Positions 1-12,281 of a stretch of DNA of 64,000 nucleotides are shown here, one piece after another (position 1 is the first letter of the stretch; the number at the start of each line of letters is the position of its first letter). Source of the stretch: Camelus dromedarius (taxonomy: Eukaryota). The DNA is taken from contig NC_087437.1 in NCBI RefSeq assembly GCF_036321535.1, positions 90,150,001-90,214,000 of the forward strand. The letters run 5' to 3'. A model generated the notes under the pieces. It was not told where the DNA came from. It made no database searches and worked only from the letters and a program-made list of their open reading frames with translations. Made by a program: the position numbers and the translations under genes.

Positions 1-835
1 AGTCTTTAAGGAAATAACCTATTCTAAGAGCAATTCTTCTCTTGGAAAATTACTTCTATTCTGATTTTTCTTATCTGCAAGGTGATCTGATTCAAAACCA
101 TTAACAGTTTCTTCAGCAACCAAAAGTGAGACGCAAAAGATCATATAAAACTAAAGCAAAGTGTCTACGTATAGACTCGAGGATCTCCAGTGTTGTATCT
201 AAGCTTCCATCTTAAGTTTCTGTGCCCATAAATCACATGTACTAAGTAAAATAAATAATTTTGAAAGGCATGATGACAGAATTTTTAATTATTTAGAAGA
301 ATACCTATAATAGTATATGTGGTTCAAAATAATAGTGAGCCTACATAATTACTAAAATACAAAATTTTATTTCTTTATATATGAAATTACATGAAAAATA
401 TGGAACCAATTAATATAAATATTCATTCTGAGAGTTCTGCCTCCAAAAGTTTATAAATAATTTTAGTGTTTAACTTCGCTGTTATTTATTTGTCATTATC
501 AGAAAAAATTGCAGTAATACATATTTACCACTTGAAAATAAAATAAATGCCACTTCAATTAAATGAAAAGCATATAACTAATTTTAATAAGATTCTATTT
601 CTAGGTAGCAAAATCATAAGAGAAGTATACAATTTAAATTGAATGAGAGATCTTATTACATTTTCATTTTATTTATGGCAAATAGTATTTATTTTTCTAC
701 ATTATCTCCTTAAAATTTTTTTTCAGTACGCATGCCATGTAAAATAGAATAGGTAATTATAATATGATGTCAGACTCACATGAATGACTTGGGGCAAGGG
801 TGAATCACTTTTCTAGACACCTGCAGTAAATATAG

Positions 836-1220
836 CGTAGTGGGCATGGTTTGTTAGCTGGTCTGTTTTCACTCCCTCCTTGCTACTTTCTACAGAACCT
901 TAATTTGTGTACCCTTGCCCCAAGTAATCCATGAGTTTCATTGTCTCCTAGTTCCGAGGGCCTGCCTTGGTTAAACTGAAACCATCACAGTTATCCCATA
1001 GAAGGACATTGCGTTAGGAACCCCAACTTTAGCCAGGAGGTATGGCCAGCCTATAGACCTGTTATTATTTGTAGGGTGAGACAAGGGAATGAGAAAGACA
1101 GAAACCTACTGAAGGGAATGATTTGAGGGCTACACTGGAGAAAGAGGTCCCTCTCTGATGCATACTGAATATGAATAAGGAAGCATGTTGTTCCAGGCCT
1201 TGTTTGCTGTGTTTTCCAAC
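836..1220 (+). mobile_element. Ancient MaLR (MLT1K/L/M-like) LTR remnant
   Basis: Starts 'cgtagtgggcatggtttgttagctgg...ccctccttgctac...cagaaccttaattt' and contains 'gaaagaggtccctctctg...gaatatgaataaggaagcatgt'; both resemble old MLT1 LTR motifs. Highly diverged, ends approximate. Confidence 0.45.
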
Positions 1221-1829
1221 AAACGTGTGGAGATTTTCTGAATTCAAAGTCTGTACTCAGTAAATCTGTCAGTCCCTCCATTCCCCACCACCAAGCCCCT
1301 AACTTTCTAACAGTGGTCTTTTTGTATGCAAAAGAGAGTATTCAAGGTGCTCAGACTGCATTGTTTCCTTTATCATTGCAACCCTGGGGTACTGCATCTC
1401 TAGTTGCCAGATTAAAAAACAAACAAACAAAAAACCCTGAAGCACTAAAACTTTTAAATTCTCTGCTCACAAACACAATGCTGGTGAGAAGCACAGCCAA
1501 GGTTTGAAAGCCTGTTCTCTTACTCTAGCTGGAGTGAGCATTCCACATGGACAGGGATGAACTGAGAATCTGAGTCCTTAGACATACTGCCAGTTAAGGA
1601 ACAGACAAAGCCCCCAGCCCACTGCCTTGATTTCATAATCCACAGCTTGCTCGGGTGACCTGTCAGGTGCCCTGCCCTACCCCACCCCTACCCTCCAGCT
1701 TCCAGATGGTACCCTGCTCTCCTTAGTGCCCTAGGATTTCTCTTGTCCTCTTTTTTCTAGAGGATCACATACACCACAATCTCTGCTAGTTTATGGAGGA
1801 TTTATTGGTCAAGGGTATATTCCTCAAAA

Positions 1830-2475
1830 TGTTAGAGCAGGCATAGTGAGATATGAGCAGATAAAGGGGGATGCAGGCCAAATGGTAGGTTTAGGCAAAA
1901 GGAGGGGCACAGGCCAAATACAGGAAACCATACACTGTGTAAACAACAGGGGTCCCTGGGCAGGGAAAGAAAAGCTGGAATTTCTGGGCTGGTTAAGTGG
2001 TCACACATTTTGGGGTGACTAGTGGTCTGGAGGCTGACAAAGAAAGGTGGGAAAAGGCAGGAATCTCAAGAGTCTGAGTATAACCTTTTGCTCATTATGC
2101 CATCATTTCAATAAAATCAGCCTTGCAGATTAGAAGTACCCATCACAGACTGATGCCATGTCACTTCCGATCCAGACTAAATAAGGACAAAAACTTCTCC
2201 TACCTTTCAGGAAGGTGAAGTTGGGATTAAAATCAGGGAGTAAGACCCCCAAACCCTTCCCTCCCCAGTGAATATTCTGTCTATTCATTTTTACACTCTA
2301 TGTAAACAACTTGCCAAAGAAACTCAGGGCAACTGCTCACCTGAGCCTGCCCACTTGCTCCTTGAGAGTGTCATATCTATCACTTAGTAAATCCTCACTT
2401 TACTTTCTTAACCTCCATGTCCCCTCTCTGAATTCTTTCTGTGACAGGAAAAGAACCTAGTCGTCACTGGCAACA
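1830..2475 (+). mobile_element. Solo ERV1-class LTR (~646 bp)
   Basis: Termini are TGTTAG...GGCAACA. Flanks aaaa/aaag fit a 4-bp TSD with one mismatch. U3 is purine-rich, and the R/U5-like 3' part has 'agtaaatcctcactttactttc...gaattctttctgtgacaggaaaagaacc'. Confidence 0.75.
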
Positions 2476-3639
2476 AAAGTAACAAACCCCCAAAACGACT
2501 TCCAAATTAATTAACTATGGTGAATTTATGTTGCATCTCTAAGTATGGAATCATTCCTGAAATTCGTGTGGACTCCACTCTTTACAGCCTCATGAGCACT
2601 GAGGCAAAGATGCAAATAAAGTATCATATAGCTAAAAGAAAAAAAAAAAAGATTCCTTCAACGAAGAGCTCCTCATAAAGAAAATCTCACTCCATACAAC
2701 ACATTTTTTCATAGGGACCTTGGTCCTATATTTATATTATTTGCTCTAAACATAATCTTTGATACAAATTAGAACATCTTCATTTGTCCTTAAAATGTGT
2801 TTACAAATGTGACACACAAAATCAGTGTGTGCATTACACCCAGTAGAAACTTTCAGAATAGGATACTCAATTTTAAGTCAAAGGGAAAATGCTGTTCAAT
2901 ATATACAGACTTAAGGCATCCAGTTCGTCAAAAATGTTCTCTGTCCAAAACATTAAAACACCTGTAAGATAATAAAGTGTTTCTTAAAGGGTATTTTCAG
3001 TTACAAAAAGTCAATGTTTCACATAATTAAAAAAATCACATTCTCTCTCCACTGGGAAAAAAAAATGGAGATCTCTCAAATAAATGGCTCTTAACAATGT
3101 GAACCTGTCAAAAAAATCAATTCTTTCCTGTGCTATTATTCATTTGATAGATTTTACTACATCATAGCCCAACCTCATAAAACAAGGATGAACAAGTTAT
3201 TTACCAAACATGTCCATGATTAAGTTTTATTTATTTGTGTAAAGCCATAGGATACGCACTTCTAAACATTAACAAATGGGCCATGTCTGTGATTCTCTCT
3301 CCTGTTGTCAGTTAATCTATAGTCTCTCCCTGCTCCATCTACACACAAACATCACAGATACTACTTTTGTTTTGGAAAATTACGCATGTTGTTTGATTTT
3401 TTTTCATACACTGGGCACCATGGTTGCAAATAAATTAAGCTTTTATCAGGGAATATAGGAAACTATTTCTATGCACCTAGGTTTATAACCTGTTTCTTTT
3501 CCTAAAGGAAAAAAACAATAAATTCCAGTACATTGAAATTTAAACCATTTATTTATTAAAGGTTATAATACAAAAAGAAAAGCTATATCCTATTGAAAAT
3601 AGTTGCTATATATATACTAATATTATTGTCCTGAAAAGG

Positions 3640-4130
3640 GAGTTGACTTTGTCCTATAAATTTGAATATTTGCCTATTCTTTAATCTAGCAATACCATTC
3701 TTGGAAATTATTGTACTGGTACATCATTTATAAGACTTTTCAGGGAAGCAGTGTTTAAAAGAAGAAAAATAGAAATCACTCAAATATTCATCAAAGAAGG
3801 AATGGATGAATAAATTGGGTAAGTTACATTCATTAAATAAAATACTATAGAGCAATGAAAATCAATTTATGAATAAATGAATGGAAAATCTTCAAAGTGA
3901 AATGTTGGGAGAGAAAAAGTGGGTGTTAAAGAATACATACAATATGAAATCATTGATATAAAATTAAAAATCATAAAAAGCTTAAATATCATGTCTATAA
4001 TAAAAAGGAAGTAAATGATAGAAAAAAATAGTGATTAACCTTAGGAAGAATGAGAACAGCATTGGAGAGAAGCATGGGAGACATTCAATGGTATGGTTGC
4101 TAGTACTATTGACTAAAAGTTTTCTGGTGG
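3640..4130 (+). mobile_element. Old L1 (L1ME/L1MD-like) 3' fragment
   Basis: L1 3' motifs 'tttaatctagcaataccattcttggaaatt', 'aaatattcatcaaagaaggaatggatgaataaattgg' and 'aatactatagagcaatgaaaat'. Confidence 0.7.
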
Positions 4131-4725
4131 ATAAAAGTTTATATATGTGGACATTTATGTGTGAAATATTTTTTAAAAGCATTTTTTAACCATCAAAAAA
4201 TTCTTCCATTGTCTTGCCTATAAAATGCTTAGACTATCACTCTAGTATTTTTCTAGTAATCAGAAATTTTATATTTTCTTATATCTAAATTTTGCATTTT
4301 TAAATGTTGATAGTTTTACTGATGTAGATTTCACATAAAATGTTACAAGGATATAGAAGTACAATAAATTCTAATTTCCTCCCTCTTCATTTGAAATTAT
4401 CAGATCTTTGATTTGTGTATTATTTGTTTCTTTTCTCTATTCCATCATTATAGGCAAGTCAGTGGTAGACACTAATGATGTTGTAAAAGATAGGATCATT
4501 TGAAAAGTTTTATTTTCTATCAATGTGTTTTGACTTTAATAGTGCTCTGCTTTGTAGACATGAATATATATTGCTATGCTCTACTAAAGGACTGAAAAAT
4601 ACTATATCTTATCAAAAAGCAATACATAATTTCAAAATATACTGGGAAACAATTCTTAAACAAATGCAGTTAAAATAGATGTCTTGCTTTATTTAGTGAA
4701 TAAGATTTATTTATTTTCATATAAA

Positions 4726-4762
4726 TATATGTATATATACACACACACACACATATATATAA
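4726..4762. repeat. (TA)n(CA)n compound microsatellite
   Basis: tatatgtatatatacacacacacacacatatatata read directly. Confidence 0.9.
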
Positions 4763-6973
4763 AATCAGATAAATATGTAGAACATGAGAGTCAGGAATCA
4801 GAATAAAGGTAAGAAAGCAAGCTGCTTTTTGACTATTATTAGAGCTCAACTGTGCATCTGGTACCCTTGTAGTGTTATTTCCCCCTACCTCTGTTTAAGG
4901 GGTCTAGCCATTGCTCATTATCTCATGTGACTCTGGACCTAAATTAATGCTTGTTGTTTACACTTGATAGAGTCCTCTTTTTAGCACAGACCACCCTGGA
5001 AACCACCTAAACACTTCTGTGCTAATATTGCCCATATTCTAGAATGATCTAAAATAATTTTGAATACAATTTACTTTGTTTCCATTTGTGTTGTTATTGC
5101 TTTAGCTTGTTTCATTTTTGTTTCAGAAATAAGGAATTATCATACAGTAAGTCTCCAAGGATGTGTGTATTTATACAATAATTTTTTGAAAGCCACACTG
5201 CAATGTTTCAAGATTGACTCTATTTGTAATTGATCACACTAAATTTTTAGCACAGATTGCCAAGACATAAAACAATGAACTTGATAAGATTAAGTACATG
5301 TATGGCAGTGATTTCCTGCTGATTCCAGAGGAAGTGAAGTGTTGGCAGCAAAAGCAACATCTATGAAAGTCTTTTCTGCCTTAATCACTTTACAGGGGCC
5401 CAAACTGTCATTTCTAGAGCTGAATAAAGGCCAAGTAAAGAAGGCCTCATCTTCTTCTAACCCTCTAGCACTCTTTCTTGGGCCTGCCTTTTGGAGATTC
5501 AGGCAACGGTTTTCTGAGTTTTCCCAGATATCAACATTTTGAAAGACCAATGAAGAGCAGAAAGCCAAGCTTACAGCATTCCCTACAGAATCAGCCCTGG
5601 CTGCTGACGATTCACCCAGCATCCTGCAGACTACACAGGCCATTGAAAGGTCCTATGACAATCCAAAACTCATAAAACCAAAATTTTACTTGGTTGGATA
5701 AAGTACAGACTCTCAAAAATATTTCATTATTAAAGATATATCTCATTGCAAGCAGACTTTTGGGAAAAGGCTATGTAGGTTTTAATGAAAAGGAATGAAC
5801 ACATAAAATTCTGATTTGTAAAATACATTATTTTAGTAACTAGAATAAATTGCCAACAAACAGTTTATACTTTAAAATAATGTAGAGATAATTCAGAGTA
5901 TAGGGTTAATTCTTCTACCATCAGTATCGGCTCCCAAGAAATCAGAAGCCAAAATCTCACGGAATCAGTACAAAATGAAATGTGGTTTTCATCAATTACA
6001 TGTAATGCTTACTCAGCAGAAAACGTAGGGACAAAGCTGGTAATTGCACACTGTACTGTTATCTGTATTCCCGACTCAGCAGAATGTGTCACTCAGAAAT
6101 CAGTTCTGATCAACCATATTTGCCTTTACAAATTACTTCTTTATATATTTTACACATTCACATATACACAAGTACTATGTTCATAGAAAGAATAAAATAT
6201 ATAGGTAGGGGTATTTAGCAAATATGAATATTTACTAACAAATGCTGGCTCTTCATGTATTTAATGTTTTCATAGCTATAGTTTCTCACTTTGTATTTAT
6301 TTTCTAAAATATTGTTTGATGTTGGAGGTGCTTATCCTAGTCTTCTCCTTTGAAGATTATTTCATTAAAGTATTAATTGGGTAGCTAGCGTATGAAATTC
6401 ATCAGAGCTATTTTAAGTTGCTTTAACTAAATAGGATGACATCTATTCTACATTTTTTTGCAACTCTTTTTGATTTTACTCTAACCACAGTATCTGTCTT
6501 CAAAGAAGAATAATTGACTATCTGAATCAGAAGGAAACATAAACTGTAGGATAACCTGAATTAAGAAAATCAATGATTTATAAATATCTATACTGAATTT
6601 AATATCAAAAATGTGAATGAATTAAAGTTTAACTGGATTTTTGTTCAATTATTTGGATGAGTGTGTTTGTGCTTCAATTCACAATTAGAAGAGGGAAGAA
6701 ATTAATAGATTTATAACATACATTGATACTTTCTCAAGCATATTTTTGAGTTTAACCAAAGCAATCATACTTAATTTAAATTAACTTTTTAATAATTAAA
6801 AATTAGATCTCACATTAAATATGCTTATTAAAATAGCTTTATATAATATATATGCAACTTAACTTGTGTACTCTAAAACTGTTAAAATGTTTGATATTAT
6901 TTTTCTGATTCATATAAGTATTTTACCTTGAAATTTATATTGATTATAAAGCAAAGATATCAATACTTATGTT

Positions 6974-6997
6974 TATATATATATATATATATATATT
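6974..6997. repeat. (TA)n microsatellite
   Basis: Uninterrupted TA run read directly. Confidence 0.9.
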
Positions 6998-8647
6998 TAC
7001 AAATATTATGATTACCTCAATTTAACATTATCTTTAAAAGATGTCATGATTCTAAATCAATGCTACAGGGTTACCTGGCAGATTTCTCCTACTTCCTACT
7101 TCTCACGTGGTCAGGAAAAACTTTAAGTTCTTGAAAACTTAAATACCACTGATAGTTTCAGTCAATATTTATATTAATTGCATACTGTAATAATATGCCT
7201 AAAATATTATTAATCTATTTATACTATAATCTACATTAATGTGCATCTATAGATATTTATAATAGAAATTTACTGCTACAATTCTTACTCATGTGCATAT
7301 AGTAATCAAGGTGATTTATGTAATATGGGGAAGATAGTTCAACTTTACTCTTTGAAAGGGGACTCAACACTGCTTACCATTAAATATCACATTTTCCGGA
7401 AATACTCTTCCATTTAGCTGCTGCTGACTTTGACAAACAGATTGGAAAATAGGAATGTTTGCCAAACCTTTCCTGCATAGAATGTGCATTTTTCAGAACA
7501 TATCAGAAAATAAGATGGGTCACAGTAAAGAATGAAAGCTGAGTGTGGTATCAACTCTAGTTATAGAATGAAAGCCACTGTTTCAGTCTTTATTGTGTAA
7601 CAGTTGCCAGTTATATAAAATGAATTTGATGGAGCACCAAAAACATAACAAGTTGAATAAAATGTATTTTTGTTGATAAAAAAAGAAAATAAACTTGTGG
7701 GTCACAATTTCTCGATACTGTGAATTCAGATTCCTTTGAAGGATATAATATTGATTTGTGGAGTGTGTTGTTATTACTAAAATCTATTCCCTTTACTCTG
7801 ATGCTTTTCTCTTGCAAAAAAGAAATGAGATTATACAGCTGATATCATTAAAGTTGGAGCAAAATTGCATTACAATGAAATATTTGGATACTTGCACATG
7901 AAAGTCAAAGAATTTGCCTCCCCATCCAAATTTCTCAAGCCTACAAACACATATCAGAGTAAACTCAGATCAATTTCCAAAGGGAAATAAAACAGCTGAC
8001 TTTTATTTTCAAAGTTTTTCTTCTTCAGTTACTTAGGAAAATATACAACATGTATTTACCTTAATCTAAAACCTACAGTTTAAAATAAATACCATTACAC
8101 TTAAAGGATTATCTTCCTTTAAAAATAATTTATAGATGAGCCCAAAACTATCTGGTGTGACAAATTTTACCATATTGTTTAGATAATAGTGTTTTCTGGT
8201 TAGCAACACTCAAGCAATCTTTATGAAATTGTGGTAAAATAAGTAAATTAACAACATTAACTGTTTTTTTTTATTGATTTCAGATACCAAAACCACTTGC
8301 TTATGTTGTTGTTGTTATCAATATTATTATGATTACTTTTATTATTATGTATGTAATGAAACCAGGCCACCTGAATCTCGGAATCTGTAGTTTTCAATCA
8401 TTCCTCTTCACTACGTCTTATTACCTTCATCAGTAACAACTTCAAAACACCACCTTGCTATATATTTAATATTATATTACTTTGATGGTGACGTCTAATA
8501 AATTTTAGTCAATGCCTCATTTCCTGAAAATAACATACTCAGTTTGCTTTTCTTTTCTGAGTATTTACGCTTTAGAATAGAATGAAAGAAGAAAGAGAAG
8601 TCTCTCCTCTTACCCAATTTCCCTCAGTTTTTATGAGAGAATCTTAA

Positions 8648-9160
8648 GTATTCATTCAAGGAAATGTTCAGAATACCTGCTTTGTGGCGGGCTCCATCCC
8701 ACATGCTGGGGATTTGATGGTGAACAAGATTAATATGGTTTGTCCCCACAGGGCTTATTGCCACACACAGAAACTAATTTTAGAAGGCACGAAGTACTAC
8801 CAGGCTGCTGAGATAGTCAGGAACAGTAGACTTTAGAAAAGACAAGGGAAGGAAGACCTCGCTGAACAGAGAAAAGTGATACTGATATTTTTTTAAAAAG
8901 AGCCTCCTGTTGGGAGGAAAAGGTAATAGAAAGGTGTTGAGGCACCAACTATTGCATATTGCACAATTTGGCATATTCAAGGAGGTTAGCAGCAGTGTGG
9001 CTGAAGCCAAGAGCAGAATGACCTGTTACAGTTCAAAGACAAAAGCAGAGCTGGGCCACACAGCTTCCTCCTTTTCATAGTAAGGAGTTTAGATTTTATT
9101 CTGAGGGCAAGAGAAAACCATTCAAATTAGGCAGGATGATAAGAATGGAGATTTATTCAA
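8648..9160 (-). mobile_element. L2 LINE fragment
   Basis: Reverse-complemented L2 tail 'attcattcaaggaaatgttcagaatacctgctttgtg...gctggggatttgatggtgaacaag', followed by L2 body motif 'gtaaggagtttagattttattctgagggcaagagaaaacca'. Confidence 0.7.
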
Positions 9161-11219
9161 TTTAAAATTTGAAAACAACATGTTGTGGGAGCAATGATGG
9201 TAAAAGAATCTTTCTAATATTGTTTCATGAGAAGCTAGCCACACAGAATGATTCCTCAAAATTTTAGGAAATACTAGATACCATATTACCCTTTTGGATA
9301 ATCATAATATTCGTTACTGTCTTAAATACAGAACATTTTTATAATGGCAAAAGCTGCTTAAACTTTCACTCAAATTTCCAAATAAACCCGACCTCAAAAT
9401 TGGGTTTTCTGATGACATCTGGCATTTCTCTTGGGCACCATGCTTTGGAAAATATTTATATTAAAAAATGATCAGTATGATTCAAGTGTGCTGTATCATT
9501 GGAACTGCCTTGCTTCATTTCAAAATTCTTGTAACTATTAAAAACTTAAATTTGTAAAGACTTACAGTCATTACTGGAATGTGCCTTGCATTCATTTATT
9601 TATATCCACCTAAAAAAAAAAAAACTCACTCATAATGCAATTAACCCTTTTGAAGCCACTAATGGGATAATTCTCCTTCATGAGCTGTATTATATTTCAT
9701 GTTTCCATTGGGCAACTCTGGCATTGAGTATGGATAAAGTAATGGTTTTCATAAGGATGTCCAGGATTAGAATGTTAGGATGATTTTAATTAGTCTTCAT
9801 CAGCAGGACAGGTTTACCTGTGTGCTTGTCCATGTGAAATGCATATAAATCCTGAAGCATCACCTATGAATTTAAATCAGAAAGCTCATCAACTTCTGTT
9901 GGCAAGGTGAAAGATAAAAGCCACAGAAGGTCCTTCCCAGCCTCTGTCACTAATGATAAACAGCATTAACTGCTTCTGTAGACACTAATGCTGCTATCTT
10001 GGGAACACAGGCAGCTACCATGAGAACTTTACAGCTTCACTAATCATACTTTTGTTTGTTATGAAACATAAAATAAAATCTCAACAAAGAAGCAATAAAT
10101 ATTAGCATTTATGAACAAAAGAAGGTCACATAAATATGTAGATCTCTAAATATGCAATGCATTCTTCATTAACCAGATATCATGTTCATTATTATAAGCT
10201 CTTATTACAGGAGAAGGAGACAACAGAAAAGAGCAAATTAAATGAAAGTGAGGGGCAGAGTCTATTATGTAGGAAGAGTTTTCATAAAAAGATCTGGTGA
10301 CTATATAGAAACAAATACTTTAATGATGTGAAACTATTTTATTTGCTCAAAGGAATTTTCAATAAAAATTAATATTTCAAATTCTGTTATATCAAAATAC
10401 CAAACTTTTCTTCTAGTTCATTGAAAACTTGTCTTTTTGGCATTATATTTAAATTTGAATACCAAAATTCTAGTTTTTTCATTTTAAAAGTAAAATATTC
10501 ATATTGAATATATTCAATAATGTTGCTTACAAAGCTCAAACAATATGTGCAGTAAATTTGATATGTAATACAGAGATAGCCAAACAATATTCTTCCTTAA
10601 AAATATAACAGGATGGCACATCATTAAACTAAGAAAACACTAACAAGTTCAAACAACAGAGTAAACCATCATGCATATCCTTTTTTAAAAAAATATATAA
10701 TGTTTGCCTGATATTCAGCTTATTTTTCATAATTTTAGGCAAGAATATTAAATTCCTAGTTCTTTAAATGACTTCTATTATGTGCAGTGGCTTCATTTCC
10801 TTTTTACAGTTTTCCTTTTTTATATTATATCTGTAACATGTTTTACTGTCATTTTTTTTCTCCTCTGCTACATTTACAATGAGATTAATAAGGTGATGGG
10901 TCAAGTAGATTAAAATTAATCAACTGGCAAGTTAACTGTAATACTAGTTACACAACAATCTTGTCTTATGATCCTTGCTCTGAGTAGGTATTAAACACGT
11001 CTCACTATTACTTCAGTTACTAAATCCTGTTGAGATGTATTTGTTAATGTTATGTGAAAACTCAAAGTGCACTGAGGGAACATATGTGTAATTTAGGAGA
11101 CAAGTATGAAGAACCAGAGCATGCATTTTAAAAGTACACCTAAATCTCAAAACAATTTAGTGTAGATGATCTTGAGTCCAAGGGCTTGGGTGTTCTTTGA
11201 AATCATTAGTTGTATTACC

Positions 11220-11345
11220 ATAAAATGGCTTAATGATAGTACCTATTTCACGCTGTTCCTATGAGAATTGTTACATATGCATATGAAATACTCAGCGTAA
11301 AAACAGATCACAGTCTGTACCTAATGACTATCATTTACTATAATT
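11220..11345 (+). mobile_element. MIR SINE core fragment
   Basis: 'aaaatggcttaatgatagtacctatttcacgctgttcctatgagaatt' resembles the MIR core. Confidence 0.55.
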
Positions 11346-11824
11346 TACTTAGGCAAATTTAAGTGTTGTTATTGAAATCTATATAAAATAATAAGGGAAT
11401 AATCACAAGTGGATTTATTCACTAATGCAAAGGGACTGTAATATGTTGTACAAACAGCACATAATTGCCAAGGGAACAAAGTATTAAAGTGTTTATAGGG
11501 AAAGGGTTAATAAGACTAAGTTATCTGGAGAAAGGAATTGGGAATCAGATATATATTTTATAATTTTATAATTTACATAAACAAAAAGATGATTTACATG
11601 AACTGGGAAAAGAGAGAGCATGTTGTACATTCATTTTTATTAGACAAAAAACCTATTGAAATGATCTCCAACTCAACAATCTGTTCTTTTTTTTTCTTTC
11701 ACTTTTTATTTTCAGCTTATACAATTGAGAAACTATTCTTTCATTTCTATATTGGGAGCTGAGAAGACAGTGAATGTGACCTTATTGGGAAAGATGAGAA
11801 GAGACTAGAAGAAAAACTGAAGTT

Positions 11825-12065
11825 GCATAGTGAAAAGAACTTTAATTGGAATCAAATAGATATTTGTATGCCAACTCGATGACTCATTGGTTGTATCAGT
11901 TTGGCCCCGAGTGCAGCTTCTCTGAACTTGAATTTCCTCATCCTAAAAATGTAATTGTATAACTAAATGATAGTCTCGTTTAGGGGATTAGAAAATATGT
12001 ATTAAAGCATTTAGTTAGCAATTATTTTTGGGACATAGTAATGTCTTAAGATAATGCTTATTGAG
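11825..12065 (+). mobile_element. MIR SINE
   Basis: 'cttctctgaacttgaatttcctcatcctaaaaatg' and 'atgtattaaagcatttag...gggacatagtaatgtcttaagataatgc'. Confidence 0.65.
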
Positions 12066-12281
12066 TATATTGACTAAATGCTGTTTTTACCTGAGGAAAC
12101 ATCAAGAATCTCTTAAGTAACAAAATGGAACTAATGAAACATAAATAGGTATTTAGCACTACAGGAGGATTTCTAGTATCAAACTCAGAAATATCTAGTT
12201 ATCTCATATGTAGACCAAGATCCCTGGATTTTAAAGTCCTACTCAATTTATTTGCACTCTATCCAGGTAAAATCATCTCTA

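Noticed and set aside
9818..9863. 46-nt minus-strand micro-exon (ttcatag|GTGATG...CACAG|gtaaac)
   Set aside because: Weak polypyrimidine tract, and its open frames end in phases incompatible with the phase-0 candidate at 5652. Peptide not recognised.
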